Program-made: the position numbers and the translations under genes | Shown: piece after piece, positions 1-14,608 of the stretch | Numbering within the stretch: position 1 is the stretch's first letter | Layout of the letters: every line of letters begins with the position of its first letter | Notes under the pieces: generated by a model | Seen by the model: the letters and a program-made list of their open reading frames with translations, nothing else | Databases searched by the model: none | What the model was told of the DNA's origin: nothing | Origin: Octopus vulgaris | Lineage: Eukaryota | Direction: 5' to 3' | Length of the DNA: 64,000 bases | Assembly: GCA_951406725.2 (NCBI GenBank) | Contig: OX597833.1 | Coordinates: 49,662,001-49,726,000 of the forward strand

Positions 1-269
1 TTTAGACATGACGCAGCGCTTAAGAACCATGCACGCAGTTCGAAACTTGCATTGAGACGACTAATAACCTGTTCCTCGATAATTTTGTAAGGAAATTAGA
101 AGCGGCAGGAATTGTTGAAGAGCGTAAACAGTCTAGGAGAACGCAGGACAAGGCGCAGGTTATAATTGAAAAGAGGAAGACAGATAAGTTTGTCATATGG
201 GTCTATGTGGAGCTAGCTTACAAGTAGCTAGTTTGAAGGAACTAATCCCAAAAGTCATCTTAGAGTATG

Positions 270-341
<72 letters not shown>

Positions 342-852
342 TTTAATATGTAAACACAAAAATACATGATACTAGAATTATATGAAAGAAGGATAATACG
401 TACTCAGACAAACAGACTTACAAACTGGCCAATGGACATTTAGATGAGATAGTAATGTATTACAATGCCAGGAATATATATGTAAATATGTTGAAGTTAA
501 TAATAAAATGCAGTTACTCTGCAGCTGTATAATATTTTAACAATATATTTTCAAGAACTCTATTACGGAATTTAAATGCATACGGAAATATATCCAGCTG
601 AATTGCATATTTTTTCCAATTAAAAACCTATCTGTTATTCATTTTATTGTTTATCAATACTGCGCTTAATTCAGAGAATTAACGCACTTGACGTACCATT
701 TGGCTACAAACATATTTAGGTTCAACATTCCTCGGCTTCTTGATGTTGTTAACGTGTCTGAAAGTTTGTAGAGTTTCTGTACTGACAGACAGAAAAATGT
801 CCACTAGAATTTGTTTGGAGTCTATTTATCTCCCATAAATTTTCTTTAAATG

Positions 853-996
853 CTTAGCGGTTCGGCAAAAGGGACCGATAGAATAAGTACTAGGCTTACA
901 AGGAATAAGTCCTGGGGTCGATTTGCTCGACTAAAGGTGGTGCTCCAGCATGGCAGCAGTCAAATAAATGACTGAAACAAGTAAAAGAGTAAAAGA
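853..996 (+). mobile_element. SINE group A, 3' portion only
   Basis: cttagcggttcggcaaaa...gaataagtactaggcttaca...ggggtcgatttgctcgactaaagg...ctgaaacaagtaaaagagtaaaaga matches the 3' half of the full copies at 16596 and 52211. Confidence 0.85.
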
Positions 997-2313
997 TGGA
1001 CTCTCACATTGAAGACTACGTGCGAATGTTCAGCTTTTACCAAATGGCCAGCATATATACTAAAAAGAAAAAAAATATGTTGCACTTATCAACTTTAGGT
1101 CTTGTTACTCATTAAGATGGTACTAATTTTAATTGTACTTGAATTTCAGAAATGGCAGTATGCTATTAATTTGACTCAGAATATGAAAATCTAGGGAAAA
1201 TTTGAGGTGACTATAAAGCGAAAAGACTGCTGCCAGTAGATATTTATATCTAATTACATGGCAATAGTTATTGTCAGTATATGCTAGACTACATTGTGGT
1301 GAGTTTATGTGAATGAAGTATATTGTTTCTTAACAGAAATATTATAGGAAAGAAAATGCATTACTCGGTGCCTTGGGAAATAATCATTCACTAAACAATT
1401 AGTTGAATGTCAAATTGAAACTCTGAAAATTTGAAAGTCAAATTGGAAACGTATTAGACTTTGTAATTTGCTTTGCTAACGGTTGTGCGATTGAGTTTAT
1501 ATAAAATTACTTATACTATAAATACACTTAGAGCAAATATTTTAATAGAATTATTTCTTAAGATTACCACTGTTGCTATAAGATAAATTTGACTTTAAAC
1601 TGGAGTTAGATTAAACTGGATACATCGTTAAATATCTCGGATTTTCATTTACGTGTATGTTACCAAGGTTTGTCAGTGATGTTACAGGCAAAACTCGATG
1701 TAGTTGTCTAGAAAAACGAAGTAGAATGGAGGTAAATGGCGTAAGCTTATTTTTTCTAGATCTTTCCTCGCCATGGTGGGAAGCAGTGTTTATCCTTACT
1801 ATGGCTTCTCCGTCACCAAAGCAGCTGAGTCGCCATTAAGACTATCTTCATACTTTCACCGCCAGAATATCTTGTCGCAATGGAAAACTTGTAGAACTGC
1901 TGCCAATTCTATTTCTGACATCTCACACTGACAGATACTGGATTTAGATGTATTAATTGAAGGCTTTAGTCCTTTTGATTGTGAGTATGATGAGTGTGAA
2001 CAACAATCACATGTTTCGATTGCCCTGGGGCTTCGTCATTCAGGTCCCTAATTCTAAAGCACAAATATGTTGAGAATATTGAACACAACCCGATTACAAA
2101 GTGATGCCGATGCCACAGTCTATCGTGGTCCACATTTGTTCATCTCTCGGTGAACAAAGTTTGATGACAAGACTCCCTTTAATCCTTCCGAGGCAAAAAG
2201 TCCATGGGGTTTGCCTGCTTAACCACCGCCGAGCTGACCATAAAACGGTCACTGCTGGTAAATGTCTCCCTGCCCGTGGTCAATTGACCAAAGACTCACA
2301 AGCATAGAACATG

Positions 2314-2347
<34 letters not shown>

Positions 2348-2509
2348 AAATAGAAAAGAGTGAAAAAACTACAGAAGGCTTGTTTTATAAGGTTAAAGAA
2401 TATATTTAAGTCGTTATGTTAGAAAAATGTTAGAAAATTTTGTGTATAGTAACATAGTCTTCTATTTTGTATACATCCAACCACGTGCTTTCACACACCA
2501 ACTTTCTCA

Positions 2510-2611
<102 letters not shown>

Positions 2612-3509
2612 TAAAATAATAAATAATTGAGGAGAGCATATGCGAACCCCGAGTTGCCTATATTTCTGGTGATCGCGAAAGTGAACCCTACGCGTGCAAC
2701 GGAAGGGCCTTACTCTGGGAGAACCACCTAAATGACTAAATAAGTATGCCATAAAAATGTAGGGTATCCATACAACAAAACAATGTCTTTAAATAAAACT
2801 GCTGCTAGATTAGTTCCAAACCTTAGTCGTTAGGATAATCAATGGCAGCACCATTTAATTTTTACTCAGTATTACTGTTGTTAATAGGCAGATATAAAAC
2901 ATCAAGTTTCGCATTGTTCAATGTATTCTTTTACATTCCAAGGAATAAGTAGATATTCAAAACCATCCTTTCAGTTATCTTCTCGCACCCTTACAATGTA
3001 AATTTGACGAGATGCATTCAACTCACATTTTATTAACTCCAGCCAACCCGAAGGTTTGATAATGTTTTTAGTACGCTTTTATCTGCATATTAATTAAATA
3101 TTTTATGTCGCTTTTAACATCATTAACTTCTATGCAGGTAATATCGTTCTTCAGAAGCTGTTAACAATCCGCCCGCACGCAGGTGACATCCACTATGCCC
3201 GCTAAATTACCTCACGCTAAGCATATTAATCCATTAAAAAGGCTTTTGAAAAGCACCATGCAATAGAGATATGACAATCTTGTCTTTTCTAACATTATAA
3301 ATATTGGGTAATTACACACATCAAGGTAACAGCTTTGCACATCACACTCTCGAGTCATGAATACTAAATGAAGAAGCAGCGCTCGGCATTGCGAAAAATG
3401 CTAACATCTCAAAATCTCTGATGTTGATCTCTGATATCTACGCTATATGCATAACACTGGTAAAACTGTAAGAGCAAGATTAGGATTCCTATGTAGGGCT
3501 CATGGTTTA

Positions 3510-3655
3510 TTATTTCTTTATTGCCCACAGGGGGCTAAACATAGAGGGGACAAACAAGGACAGACAAAGGGATTAAGTCGATTACATCGACCCCAGTGCG
3601 TAACTGGCACTTATTTAATCGACCCCGAAAGGATGAAAGGCAAAGTCAACCGCGG
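3510..3655 (-). mobile_element. SINE group B, 3' portion
   Basis: Reverse complement of the SINE B body and tail (atttctttattgcccaca...gaccccgaaaggatgaaaggcaaagtc). Confidence 0.85.
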
Positions 3656-3761
3656 ACAAAGCTCAAGTAAGACTGACGCTGAAGTATTCCTGAGATCAAA
3701 AGAACTATGACAGTCCTCATGCTATGCATCTTACTATCCAAGATCAAATACAAATACATTA

Positions 3762-4248
3762 CCGTAAATCCTCGAGTTTATACTCCGCATTTTCCCCCAA
3801 AAATTTAAAGGTCAAAATCCCTAGTGCGTACTATATACCAGGTTAAAAATGAAAATTATTTTCTAAGCAATGTCCGAGTCCGGCAATGTTTATTCAGACG
3901 CATTTTGTGATGGCGGGCGCGAAAATACCTTAAGCTAAGCCTGAAAGCAATGAAGTCATAAAAGACTCATCCATAACTTGCAGTAAGCAAAATTTATTAA
4001 ACGTTATTACTGTTATTTCTTTATTTTCTGCAAAGAAAATGCACCAAAAGTGCTACACGTTTGCATTATGTTATATATACAACAATAATAAAGGACTTGC
4101 CCGCATGCATTTTTACAAACCAAGAAGATTATATAGACCTCCTTGATTCAAGTTAGAGAAGGGGTGCGTATTATACACCAGGTTTAGGTTTTTCAGAGGT
4201 ACAGCCCCTAAAAACTCCTGCGTATTATACTCAAGTGCGGACTATACT
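3762..4248. mobile_element. Non-autonomous pogo/Tigger-like (Tc1/mariner superfamily) DNA transposon, right end truncated
   Basis: TA|CCGTAAATCCTCGAG start; repeated subterminal GTGCGTA(C/T)TATA motifs; right end tgcggactatact is the partial inverse of the left gagtttatactccgca. Confidence 0.65.
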
Positions 4249-4261
4249 ATATCCTATATTA

Positions 4262-4327
<66 letters not shown>

Positions 4328-4530
4328 CGTGTGTATGTATGTCTGTGTGTGTGTATGTGTGTGTGTGTGTGTATCAAAGAAATTAAAAAAGGAAAATATG
4401 CACACTTTATATAGTTTTAATATAATTTTTAATATATCCACCGGTTTCGCTATCGATATACATGATATTATGGTTTACTTATTTGAATGTGTATTTTCTT
4501 AACAATAACTTTTGTCCATGCTGTGTGTGA

Positions 4531-4566
<36 letters not shown>

Positions 4567-4724
4567 AGACTAAAGAATACCATGTGACACTATTATGTGC
4601 TCCCGGTTAGATGAGCAGGTAATTCGGATCTTGGTCCTTGTTTAGGTTGTCTATATACATATATATATATTTCTGTTCACATTCAGCCTTAATCCCGATG
4701 AGGAAGGATGAACATGAAGCGTAG

Positions 4725-5140
4725 TCTTCTTCTTCTTCTTCTTCTTCTTCTTCTTCTTCTTCTTCTTCTTCTTCTTCTTCTTCTTCTTCTTCTTCTTCTT
4801 TCTTTTCTTCTTCTTTCTTTTCTTCTTCTTTCTTTTCTTCTTCTTTCTTTTCTTCTTCTTTCTTTTCTTCTTCTTCTTCTTCTTCTTCTTCTTCTTCTCC
4901 TATGACGACAACGACGACAGCGACGATGATATAACGACGGTGGCGACGACATGACGATAATGATGATGATGATAATGATGATGATGATGATGATGATGAT
5001 ATTAATGATAATAAGACCGACGATGACGATGTCAGTGAAGGAGAGACGAAGGCGTTGACAACGAAGAAGACGACGACGACGACGATGACAATGACAACCA
5101 CAGCGACGATTATGGCGATGATGATGGTCATGATGATGTT
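4725..5140. repeat. Compound trinucleotide microsatellite (TCT)n then (GAT/GAC)n
   Basis: Directly visible; source of the poly-E/R/L ORFs. Confidence 0.95.
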
Positions 5141-5423
5141 GTTGACAACTTCACTAGAGCCGTCCTCATTTGAGTTCAATAAGCAATATATGGAACACAG
5201 ATGACATTTATAGTGACCAACACAACTATGACATTTTCCCGGTTTCTATGCGTTTATTCTCCTTTGACAGCACGTTTCACTAATCTTTACTCACTTGCGT
5301 GACACAATGCGCTGTCATTCAGAGCTATACAAACATACGGTAGGTCCGTTTTATCGTGCCTGCCTTGTTGTATTGCACATACATGCATACATACATACAT
5401 GCATACATACATACATACATACA

Positions 5424-5472
<49 letters not shown>

Positions 5473-5715
5473 GACTGCGTATGTCTGTGCGTGTAGCATA
5501 GGGCATAGTCGTGATATGACCACAGTACGATTTTCTTGTATCGTATCTTGCATATATGCACATACACAGCTGCAAGTACACACGGCACATACATTCACGT
5601 TCCCACACACACACATACACACATACACCACACACACACACACACTTCGAAAACACACCAATCAACTGTGCTGGTTAAAAAACTCGCTACATATGTATGT
5701 GCGTATGTTTCTGCA

Positions 5716-5754
<39 letters not shown>

Positions 5755-5776
5755 AACTTACTTGGAGGAAACGATA

Positions 5777-5815
<39 letters not shown>

Positions 5816-5887
5816 AGAGAGTGTGTTTTTTGTTTGTTTGTGTGCGTGTGCATATTTTTATGTGTATATTTGTAAATGAATATGTAT

Positions 5888-6270
5888 GCGCAGAGGTGGC
5901 TATGTGCTAAGAAGCTTGCTTACCAACCACATGATTCCGGGTTCAGTCCCGCCTTCTACTATAGCCTCGAGCTGACCAAAGCCTTGTGAGGGGGTTTGAT
6001 AGACGGAAACTGAAAGATGCCTGTATATATACATATATTAGCCCCCACTATATACATATCTATATGTGTGAGTGTGTGTGTTTGTCCCATCCACCGTCGC
6101 TTGACAGCCGATGTTGGTGTGTTTACGTCCGCGTAACTTAGCGGTTCGGCAAAACAGACCAGTAGAATAAGTACTAGGCTTACAAAGAATAAGTCCTGTG
6201 GTCGATTTGTTCGACTAAAGGCGGTGCTCCAGCATGGCCGCAGTTAAATGACTGAAACAAATAAAAGAAT
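5888..6270 (+). mobile_element. SINE group A (tRNA-like head, internal TA/TG tract)
   Basis: A-box-like gtggctatgtgctaag, B-box-like gggttcagtccc, same body and tail as other A copies; internal deletion. Confidence 0.85.
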
Positions 6271-6315
6271 AATATGTGTGTGTGTGTGTGTGTGTGCATG
6301 TGTGCTTGTGTGTGT

Positions 6316-6386
<71 letters not shown>

Positions 6387-6592
6387 TGAATGTGCTTGTG
6401 TGTATGTTTCATCATTGCAAGTGTGTAAATTAAACATGAAATATAGCGATATTTTGACCAGAAATTAAAAACAAACGCCTAGAAAACTTGTATTCAAACT
6501 TAGGGTACCGGCGAGTGAAGCTTTCAACGGCTACAATACAGAGACGTATATGCACACTCATACGTACACACAGTATACATATTCAGACATAA

Positions 6593-6973
6593 GGCGGCGA
6601 GCTGGCAAAAACGTTAGCACGCTGGCCGAAATGCGTAGCCGAATTTCGTCTGCCGTTACGTTCTCAGTTCAAATTCCGCCGAGGTCCACTTTGCCTTTCA
6701 TCCATTCGGTGTCGATAAATTAAGTACCAGTTACGCCCTGAGGTCGATGCAATCGACTTAATCCGTTTGTCTGTCCTTGTTTGTTCTCTCTTTGTTTAAC
6801 CCATTGTGGGTAGTAAAGAAATAAGTATTTCGTCTGCTGTTACGTTCTGAGTTCAAATTCCGCCGAGGTTGACTTTGCCTTTCATCCTTTCGGGGTCGAT
6901 AAATTGAGTACCATTTATGAACTGCCCTTGTTTGTCCCCTCTATGTTTAGCCCATTGTGGGCAATAAAGAAAT
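6593..6973 (+). mobile_element. SINE group B, dimeric
   Basis: ggcggcgagctggcaaaaacgttagc head, gttcaaattcc B-box, second unit restarting at gtatttcgtctg, tail aataaagaaat. Confidence 0.9.
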
Positions 6974-7011
6974 AATACGTATTCACACATGCACACACAC
7001 ACAAACACGCA

Positions 7012-7061
<50 letters not shown>

Positions 7062-7344
7062 AATGAATAAGAGTCTGCGTATTTGTTTGTATACGTCTTG
7101 AGAAGAAGGGATGGCAAATTATTAGCTAATTGGATCCATATTGCTTGACCCATTTTATTCTTATCAAACGCTGTTCTCGTCTTTTCAAGATCGATGAAAT
7201 AATATCGAAATGTAATCATGATCGATATAATCGCTTAAAACTTTTGAAGTCGGTGGACAAAGTACGAGGACGGAAAGAACTAAACAAATTTTAAAAAGGG
7301 GACGTAGTTTTACAGTGGAAAATGTCCGATTTTCGTTTACTTTA

Positions 7345-7509
7345 GGCTTGGTTGTGTGGTAAGTAGCTGGCTTACCAACCACATGGTTGCGGGTTCAGTC
7401 ACATTGCATGGTACCATGGGCAAATGTCTTCAAGTATAGCCTCGGGCCGACCAAATTCCTGTCAGTGGATTTGGTAGACGGAAACTGAAAGAAGCCCGTC
7501 GTATATATG

Positions 7510-7575
<66 letters not shown>

Positions 7576-7794
7576 TCTGTGTGTGTTTATATGTTGTGTG
7601 TCTTTGAACCCCCCAACATCACTTGACAACAACTGCTGGTATGTTTAGGTCCCCGTAAATTAGCAGTTGAGCAAAAGAGACAGATAGAATAAGTACTAGG
7701 CTTACAAAGAATAAATCCTGGGATCGATTTGATTCGACTAAAGGCGGTGCTCCAGCATGGTCGCAGTCAATTGATTGAAACAAGTAAAAGAGTA
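7345..7794 (+). mobile_element. SINE group A
   Basis: Full head-body-tail match to the other A copies. Confidence 0.9.
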
Positions 7795-8513
7795 TATATA
7801 TATATACTTATGGGCGTGTAAATATGTATATGCTTGCATGTATATTTATACAGCCAAAGGATAACAATCAGTTTGTGGCTTGCGCTTTTGTGTTCACTCC
7901 AGCTTCTGTCAAGTCTTATCATATATTTAAAATGGCCAACAGAGTGCTAAAATAAATGGATCAGTTCTGCATTACAATCTGAATTTCTATAAATATCGAG
8001 TTATTACATAAAGACGTGCTTGGTCTAGGGCTATGTTAGAGTCTCCATAGTTCAGGCTACACGTTCTTTTTTTCCTCGAAGGTAAGGGAAAAACATTAAA
8101 ATAGAATCAGATAACACACCCCAACACAAATCAAGGCACCATCAACTCATATACGCGAAATCTTAAGGCACCAAGTCCAACAGATCATATATAGCCGAAT
8201 GCAATAACGTTTGCATGAATCTGTTACTATATGTTTTGATGGGGCCATAAGACATTTTAGGCGAGTCCATGAAATTGGGAAACATGAATTGCTCAGCTGT
8301 TGTAGAACATATGTTATATACTAATCTACAAACAGAAGCATGACTCTTTTAATAAATCTGTATACTAATTCAGACAGCTTCATTTATAATGTAGACACGG
8401 GTCAACAAGTAGGCATCTACGTGGTGCATGGGTTTGCTAAAATTAGTAACTAAACCTCCTTCCGACACTGCCTTTTAGTATCAAAAGAACGGGGAAAACG
8501 CATTAGATAATGT

Positions 8514-8892
8514 CCCCAAAGTCCATCCCCTCCTCACCGTGTTGGGGACGCTGGCAACGGGTTGTGTCAGATCTATGCTGTCGGGAACTTCGGTTCCTGG
8601 TAGGGCCAACCAAGGCGGATTGGTCTGACACTGAGTGGTATTAGGGCCACAACCCGGAGTGTCCGTTTCGGCAACCGGCGGCTCCTCGGTCGTTCTGTCC
8701 CTGCGTCTGCGGACAATCTGCGGCAAACAGGATGTCTCTACATGCGGGATTGTTAGGGACCGCTTGTCAAATCCACATATTCCAACGAAACTTCTTCCAT
8801 GAATTCTCAATTGGCGAATACAATGCCTCGAGGGGTGGTAGAAGAAGCCGACTCAACCCACCCAGGGTGAATGTCGCCACAAGTAAGTAAGT
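8514..8892 (+). mobile_element. 5'-truncated RTE-clade LINE 3' end with (AAGT)3 tail and 12-bp TSD
   Basis: GC-rich insert flanked by attagataatgt at 8502-8513 and 8893-8904; ends ...VVEEADSTHPG* then atgtcgccac aagtaagtaagt, typical of RTE termini. Confidence 0.7.
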
Positions 8893-10337
8893 ATTAGATA
8901 ATGTAATTCGTGTTGCCTTCCAAAAGACATGATGGTCGTTGCTGGAAATTTTTGGCAATAAAACTACTCTGTAAAGTCTAAATTAGTACTAAACAAAACT
9001 CAACAATAACAACAACAACAACACGAAAGACGACGACGATGATTATGAAATTTTAGATAATTTAGTCATCAATACCCCAAAATACTCATATGTTTATAGC
9101 TGGTTTAGCTTTGATCAATAGGCCATATTTTAAGAAGAACATTAGTGGTGTTAGAGAAATAACCCGTAAATAGAAGACGAAACTGGATTACAGAGCTGGT
9201 TCGCAGTGAGCTTGTCTCCTGCTCTCAATGATTGTTGCGTGTCAAGAAAATTGCTTGGCATCAATGTAAAAATATTGTGAAACTTTAACATTTATGGAAA
9301 TTCGTGTTTGGCTAGAAAATATAATAAATCATAATATAATTTATGGCAAATTAGTTTAGCTTGTCATTAGAAAACATGGAAAATATTGTATAATCGATGT
9401 ATTTCTCTATAAGTTATGAGTGTGTCTTGTTATCCTGCAAAAAGCTGATCTATTCCCCATCGGCACATAAACGTAATTAATGTCGGTAGCTTTTGTGTTT
9501 TTATGACAATGAAGACAATAAAGAAAATATTTTGGAACGTTAACAAATAAAAATATAACAATATTTCTTGAAGCTCAGCTTTGAAATTTCGTTCAAAGAC
9601 GTTTACGCAAACTGAAGCCTAGTGGTGGAGTAAGATATAGTCTAAATTGATATATAGTGTGTATGCAGTCATGAATACACGAAAAAAAAACAACAAAAAA
9701 GAGAGCACAGCTGTAGACACAAACATGGGAGAAAAACAACATTACTAGACAGGTATAAGTATACAGACGCATCAATATATACACCCACATATACATAGTC
9801 ATATGCACAGACATACATATACGAACGTGCATACATGAAAAAAAAAATTGGGATTAAGACAGTAAAACAAAGGAGTGAGTAACAATGCTAAACAAAAGTA
9901 AATATGGCGAAAGAGATATATTCTGTTTTCTTTTTATGTATATATATTTTAGATGGGGGTCTTAGATAGATTTACAGTTAGATAAATGGCTAGATAAATA
10001 AATACCTAACTTACATATACACAAATAGAAATAAAAAATAAGACAATTCTTCGAGAACCACAGAAACACGAGATGCGTGTAGCTGAAGTAATGAATCATC
10101 GGATGTATCTGTACGTACGTATGTATGTATGTATGTATGTATGTATGTATGTATGTATGTATGTATGTATGTATGTATTTATGTATGTATGTATGTATGT
10201 ATGTTTGTATGTATGTATGTGTGTATGTATTACGTACGTACGTATGTATGTGTGTATGCATGCATGCCTGTGTGTACGTGCGTAAATATATACGAATTTA
10301 TTCATTTATGTATATATATTCACATATATAAGTATGC

Positions 10338-10377
<40 letters not shown>

Positions 10378-10753
10378 GTGTAGAGAAGTCTGTCTATCTA
10401 TCTATCAACCTATCTATCTATATGTGTGTGTGTGCGTGTTTGTTTATTTGTTTGTGTGTGTGTGTGTGTGATCTCTATATCTATATGGTATGGGCATGTA
10501 TATTTACATATGAATATGTGTGTGTATTTTTCTCGATATCTATTCATTTATATGATAAACATGATATTATATTTCGAAGATGAAAACTTCACAAAAAATT
10601 ACAAACTCTTCTCATTTTTGGCCTTCAGATCAATGTGAACAAAATTGAATATTTGAAATATAATTTACAGGGGAAAAAAAACTGAGATGAAAAAAATAGA
10701 GCATGGTTTCGAATCTGCATATTGGTGGATTCATTATGACATTTTCGAATGTA

Positions 10754-10971
10754 CCAGTGGGCGCTAAAAATTTCCTGGCTTAGAGTAAGAGAAGACACGA
10801 GAGGAACACTTAATAATGACTTGATTCAACATATTCCCCCTCTGAGATTCATACACTTATTGTAGCGGCCCTTTAGGTTTTCTAAACCCTGTGAAAGAAC
10901 ACGGAAGGTTGAGCCGCCAAGAAGGTCTTTTGCGATACGCTTAAAGTCAGGAACCTTTCAGCATCCCGTCG
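10754..10971. mobile_element. Mariner-derived MITE
   Basis: TA flanks; imperfect TIRs ccagtgggcgctaaaaatttcctggctt / aagtcaggaacctttcagcatcccgtcg; internal minus-strand NKCMNLRG-EYVE-like transposase C-terminus remnant. Confidence 0.7.
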
Positions 10972-11011
10972 TATGTATGTATGTATGTATGTATGTATGT
11001 ATGTATGTATG

Positions 11012-11042
<31 letters not shown>

Positions 11043-11140
11043 GTGCGTACGTAGTATGTATGCATGAATGTAAGTATGTATGTATAAATGTGTGTGTATA
11101 TCTGTTTGTATGTATGTATGTATGTGTATGTATGTATGTA

Positions 11141-11174
<34 letters not shown>

Positions 11175-11721
11175 AATAAAATATGTATGTATGTATGTGC
11201 GTACATAGTAAGTATTATGAATGTAGGTATGTATGTATAAATGTGTGTATATCTGTTTGCATGTATGTATGAATGTATTAAATGAACTGGATCAAGGACA
11301 AAGAGTGTGTGGGCGGAGGGAAAAAAATAAATGCATGAAGAACAATAAGGAAGTGAGAGGGGAGTAGCTCACAAAAAGGAGAAGGAAAAAAGGGGAGCAG
11401 AATGTAAGAGGAAGAAAGATAAGAACGGAAGAGATAAAAGAATTTGAAATAAAAGGGGAAAGAAATGTAAGAGATCGTACATGGAGAAGAGGTTGTTCCC
11501 CATCCGCATAGATTCGGGTTCAGTCTCACTGGGCGGCACCTTGAGTCATATGTGTGTGTGTATGTATACATACATACATACATACTTACATACATACATA
11601 CATAGATATATTGGCCTGGTCGCTTAGCCAGCGGGGTGGATTCATTCGAAGGCTAAAACAATGCGAACGCATTGTGACCAGCGATGTGTAACAACATCTG
11701 ATGGTCTGGTCGGTCACGTGA

Positions 11722-11758
<37 letters not shown>

Positions 11759-11804
11759 TTATAGATAGATAGATAAATAGATAGATAGATAGATAGATAA
11801 ATAA

Positions 11805-11875
<71 letters not shown>

Positions 11876-11876
11876 T

Positions 11877-12008
11877 AGGGAGAATTCACAAAAAACAAAG
11901 ACGAAGACAAGTGGGTTAGACAACAAGCAGATGTATAAGTTTAACGCTTGGGAAGTGAAAAAGTCTTTAACGTTTCGAGCATACGCTCTTCCTCAGAAAG
12001 GAACACAT
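11877..12008 (-). mobile_element. Hammerhead-containing repeat family 2 (Penelope-like pLTR remnant)
   Basis: About 130 bp homologous to 44871-45000; contains a minimal hammerhead motif. Confidence 0.65.
11965..12000 (-). ncRNA. Minimal type I hammerhead ribozyme motif
   Basis: Minus strand: cttt CTGAGGA A GAGC GTAT GCTC GAAA CG TT aaag; 4-bp stem I, 4-bp stem II, palindromic AACGTT stem III. Confidence 0.65.
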
Positions 12009-12310
12009 ATCCAATGTTCTCTTCCCTACTTATTTAACTCCTTATTGCTGCATGCATTAGATGTATCACTGTCAAGGTTACTATGACTTCTAAGGTTAGC
12101 CAAGTTATTTGCTAACTACTAACACAAGCCAGGCGTTTGAAATGAGAAGTGGAAAATACTGTGACATTCAATAAAAAATTGGCACAACGTTATTTCCAGG
12201 GCCTCTGTGCGCTCGTTGTATCTGCTAGAAACGACAACTAAGTCTTCCTCAAATCAGACACCATCGTCTTAAGTAAAGGACACATTAGACACTATAGTCA
12301 CTCACACGCA

Positions 12311-12382
<72 letters not shown>

Positions 12383-12489
12383 TATGTATGTATAAACTTC
12401 GTCGCCTCAGATGGAACGTTTAATCGCAGAGCTGTTTGATCATGCTAGACTTGTAGCTAAACAATAGATGAAAGAGAAGAACAGGAAGA

Positions 12490-12810
<321 letters not shown>

Positions 12811-13828
12811 ACTGAAATAGCATAGCAAAAGTCATGTAGAGCTGCACCCTCCAGAAGTTGAGAAATATTGCTTGACTATGGAACCTTAGGTTTCAGATAA
12901 ACTATAGAATCTTAATAAGGAAATATGAACATATTCATAAATACAAACAGAAAACGGCAACACACCCGACCATTTCCTCCCTCACACATGCACACACATT
13001 TACCCTCATATGTATCAGATTGTTAAATTCATATCTATAACTCATTTTAAAATGTCTTACGTTTTTTTCCCCCGTTCACGTATGTTACATCGAAACATTA
13101 AAACTGTACAAGAATTTTCTAAATATGACAACGTTCTGAGTCTTCATCAATCATTCTGAATAGATCCCGTTGATCTCCTGTCTGTTCATCTCCGTCTTGT
13201 CTCCTTGAATGCGTTTCGGCTATTTGATCCTAGCTTGTGATGTCATCATGTCATATTACGTGAAATGTCAGAGGTCTTTGCATTCGATTAGACGTACGCC
13301 ATAGAGGTGCTTTTCTTCAATTCATTTATTAGTAATTTGCTAAAAAAAAAAAGAAAAACCAACCCTCCAAATAAATAAATGAAGAAATAAATATACAAAT
13401 TTTAGTTATTTATTTGAAGTGTAATTTTTTTTGTAGTTTTGGAAGTATGTGTGTGGTGCTTCACTCTTAAGAAGGTGCATTATCAACCGTTTGCTGGGAA
13501 GGAACAGGTTTCTTGTTCCCACGTTAACAACTCTAGTATGAATAGATAAATTCATATCGCCATTTTTGTATCATACACATTAACACAACATGTCTATAAA
13601 AGGATTTTTTTTTGCTCATATGAAAACCATAGCATCACGCTTTTCAACGATATATTTACATTTAGTATGAAACGCAGATGTCGATTTTAATTTAATGCTG
13701 TTTCAGTTGTTTCCACCGAGATTTTTTTACAGCTATGCAAGCTTTCCGCAATATCATTGAATGTATTATTCACTCTTATCTCTATATCGAAGAGCGAATT
13801 TCGTCTTAGCAAGTGATAAATGACAAAA

Positions 13829-14042
13829 TTGTCCGATAGTTGAAACAGTGGCCCTAATTTCTTTTCAAATGATTAGGGGTTTGTTTCTGATGATCTCAAC
13901 GGCCCGCTGTTTTTCCTGTTATCCTTTGACTGTTGACGATAGCTTTCACGATATTCTGAAGATGGTGGTTTTTTATTCGACCGTTCACATTGCTGTCGAT
14001 AATGGATGCTGTTCTTAGCAGTATTTTAATCGCCTTGTATCA
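13829..14042 (+). repeat. 214-bp direct duplication, copy 1 (copy 2 at 15495-15708)
   Basis: ttgtccgatagttgaaacagtggcc...atcgccttgtatca appears identical in both places by eye. Confidence 0.95.
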
Positions 14043-14608
14043 TTGACAAAATTCCCACACAAAGGAGAAACATGTCCGCCGTTCCTGTAAATCACTGCTG
14101 CGTGATTACACGGAATATAAGTGACAGCAGAGCAACTATTTCTTTTTAAGAAAACTGGTAAGACAAGATAGAAAATGGACAGTGATAAAGCCTATGTCAA
14201 GCAATTTTCTCCGGAAAACAAATAGAGCAGATATAAATTTGTATCGGCAATCCTCCGGGATAACAGTTGGAAATTAATCGGGGCCTACTGCCCAACAGTA
14301 ATTATATTTATTACTACAATGATGTCCAGTTTACTGAGAGTTATTTTAGGAATTATATATCTTCATTGACACCACGTGAGTGGTCCTCGGCCTTTCCATT
14401 TCCAAGGTCCACTTTTAATTTTGATAAATTTCTTACACATCTCATACTAAGAAAATGCTTGTTTATTCAAAAAGCTGATTTTATTAAGTAACAACAAACT
14501 CGTTTCCCCAGTTTCGTTTCTAATTCGAAAGATACATGTAACTAAACAAATATATTTAACTAACTGATGCTCTATAACTTTTTCCCGGCCGATGCACTAT
14601 AACTTTAA

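Noticed and set aside
2005-2048. Minus-strand CTGAATGA...GAAACATGTG hammerhead-like string
   Set aside because: Extra base in the core, poor stem II, GUG is not a cleavable triplet, no stem I
8767-8958. LLLPPLEALYSPIENSW resembling a Tc1 transposase motif
   Set aside because: Antisense to an RTE 3' end defined by tail and TSD; no other DDE motifs
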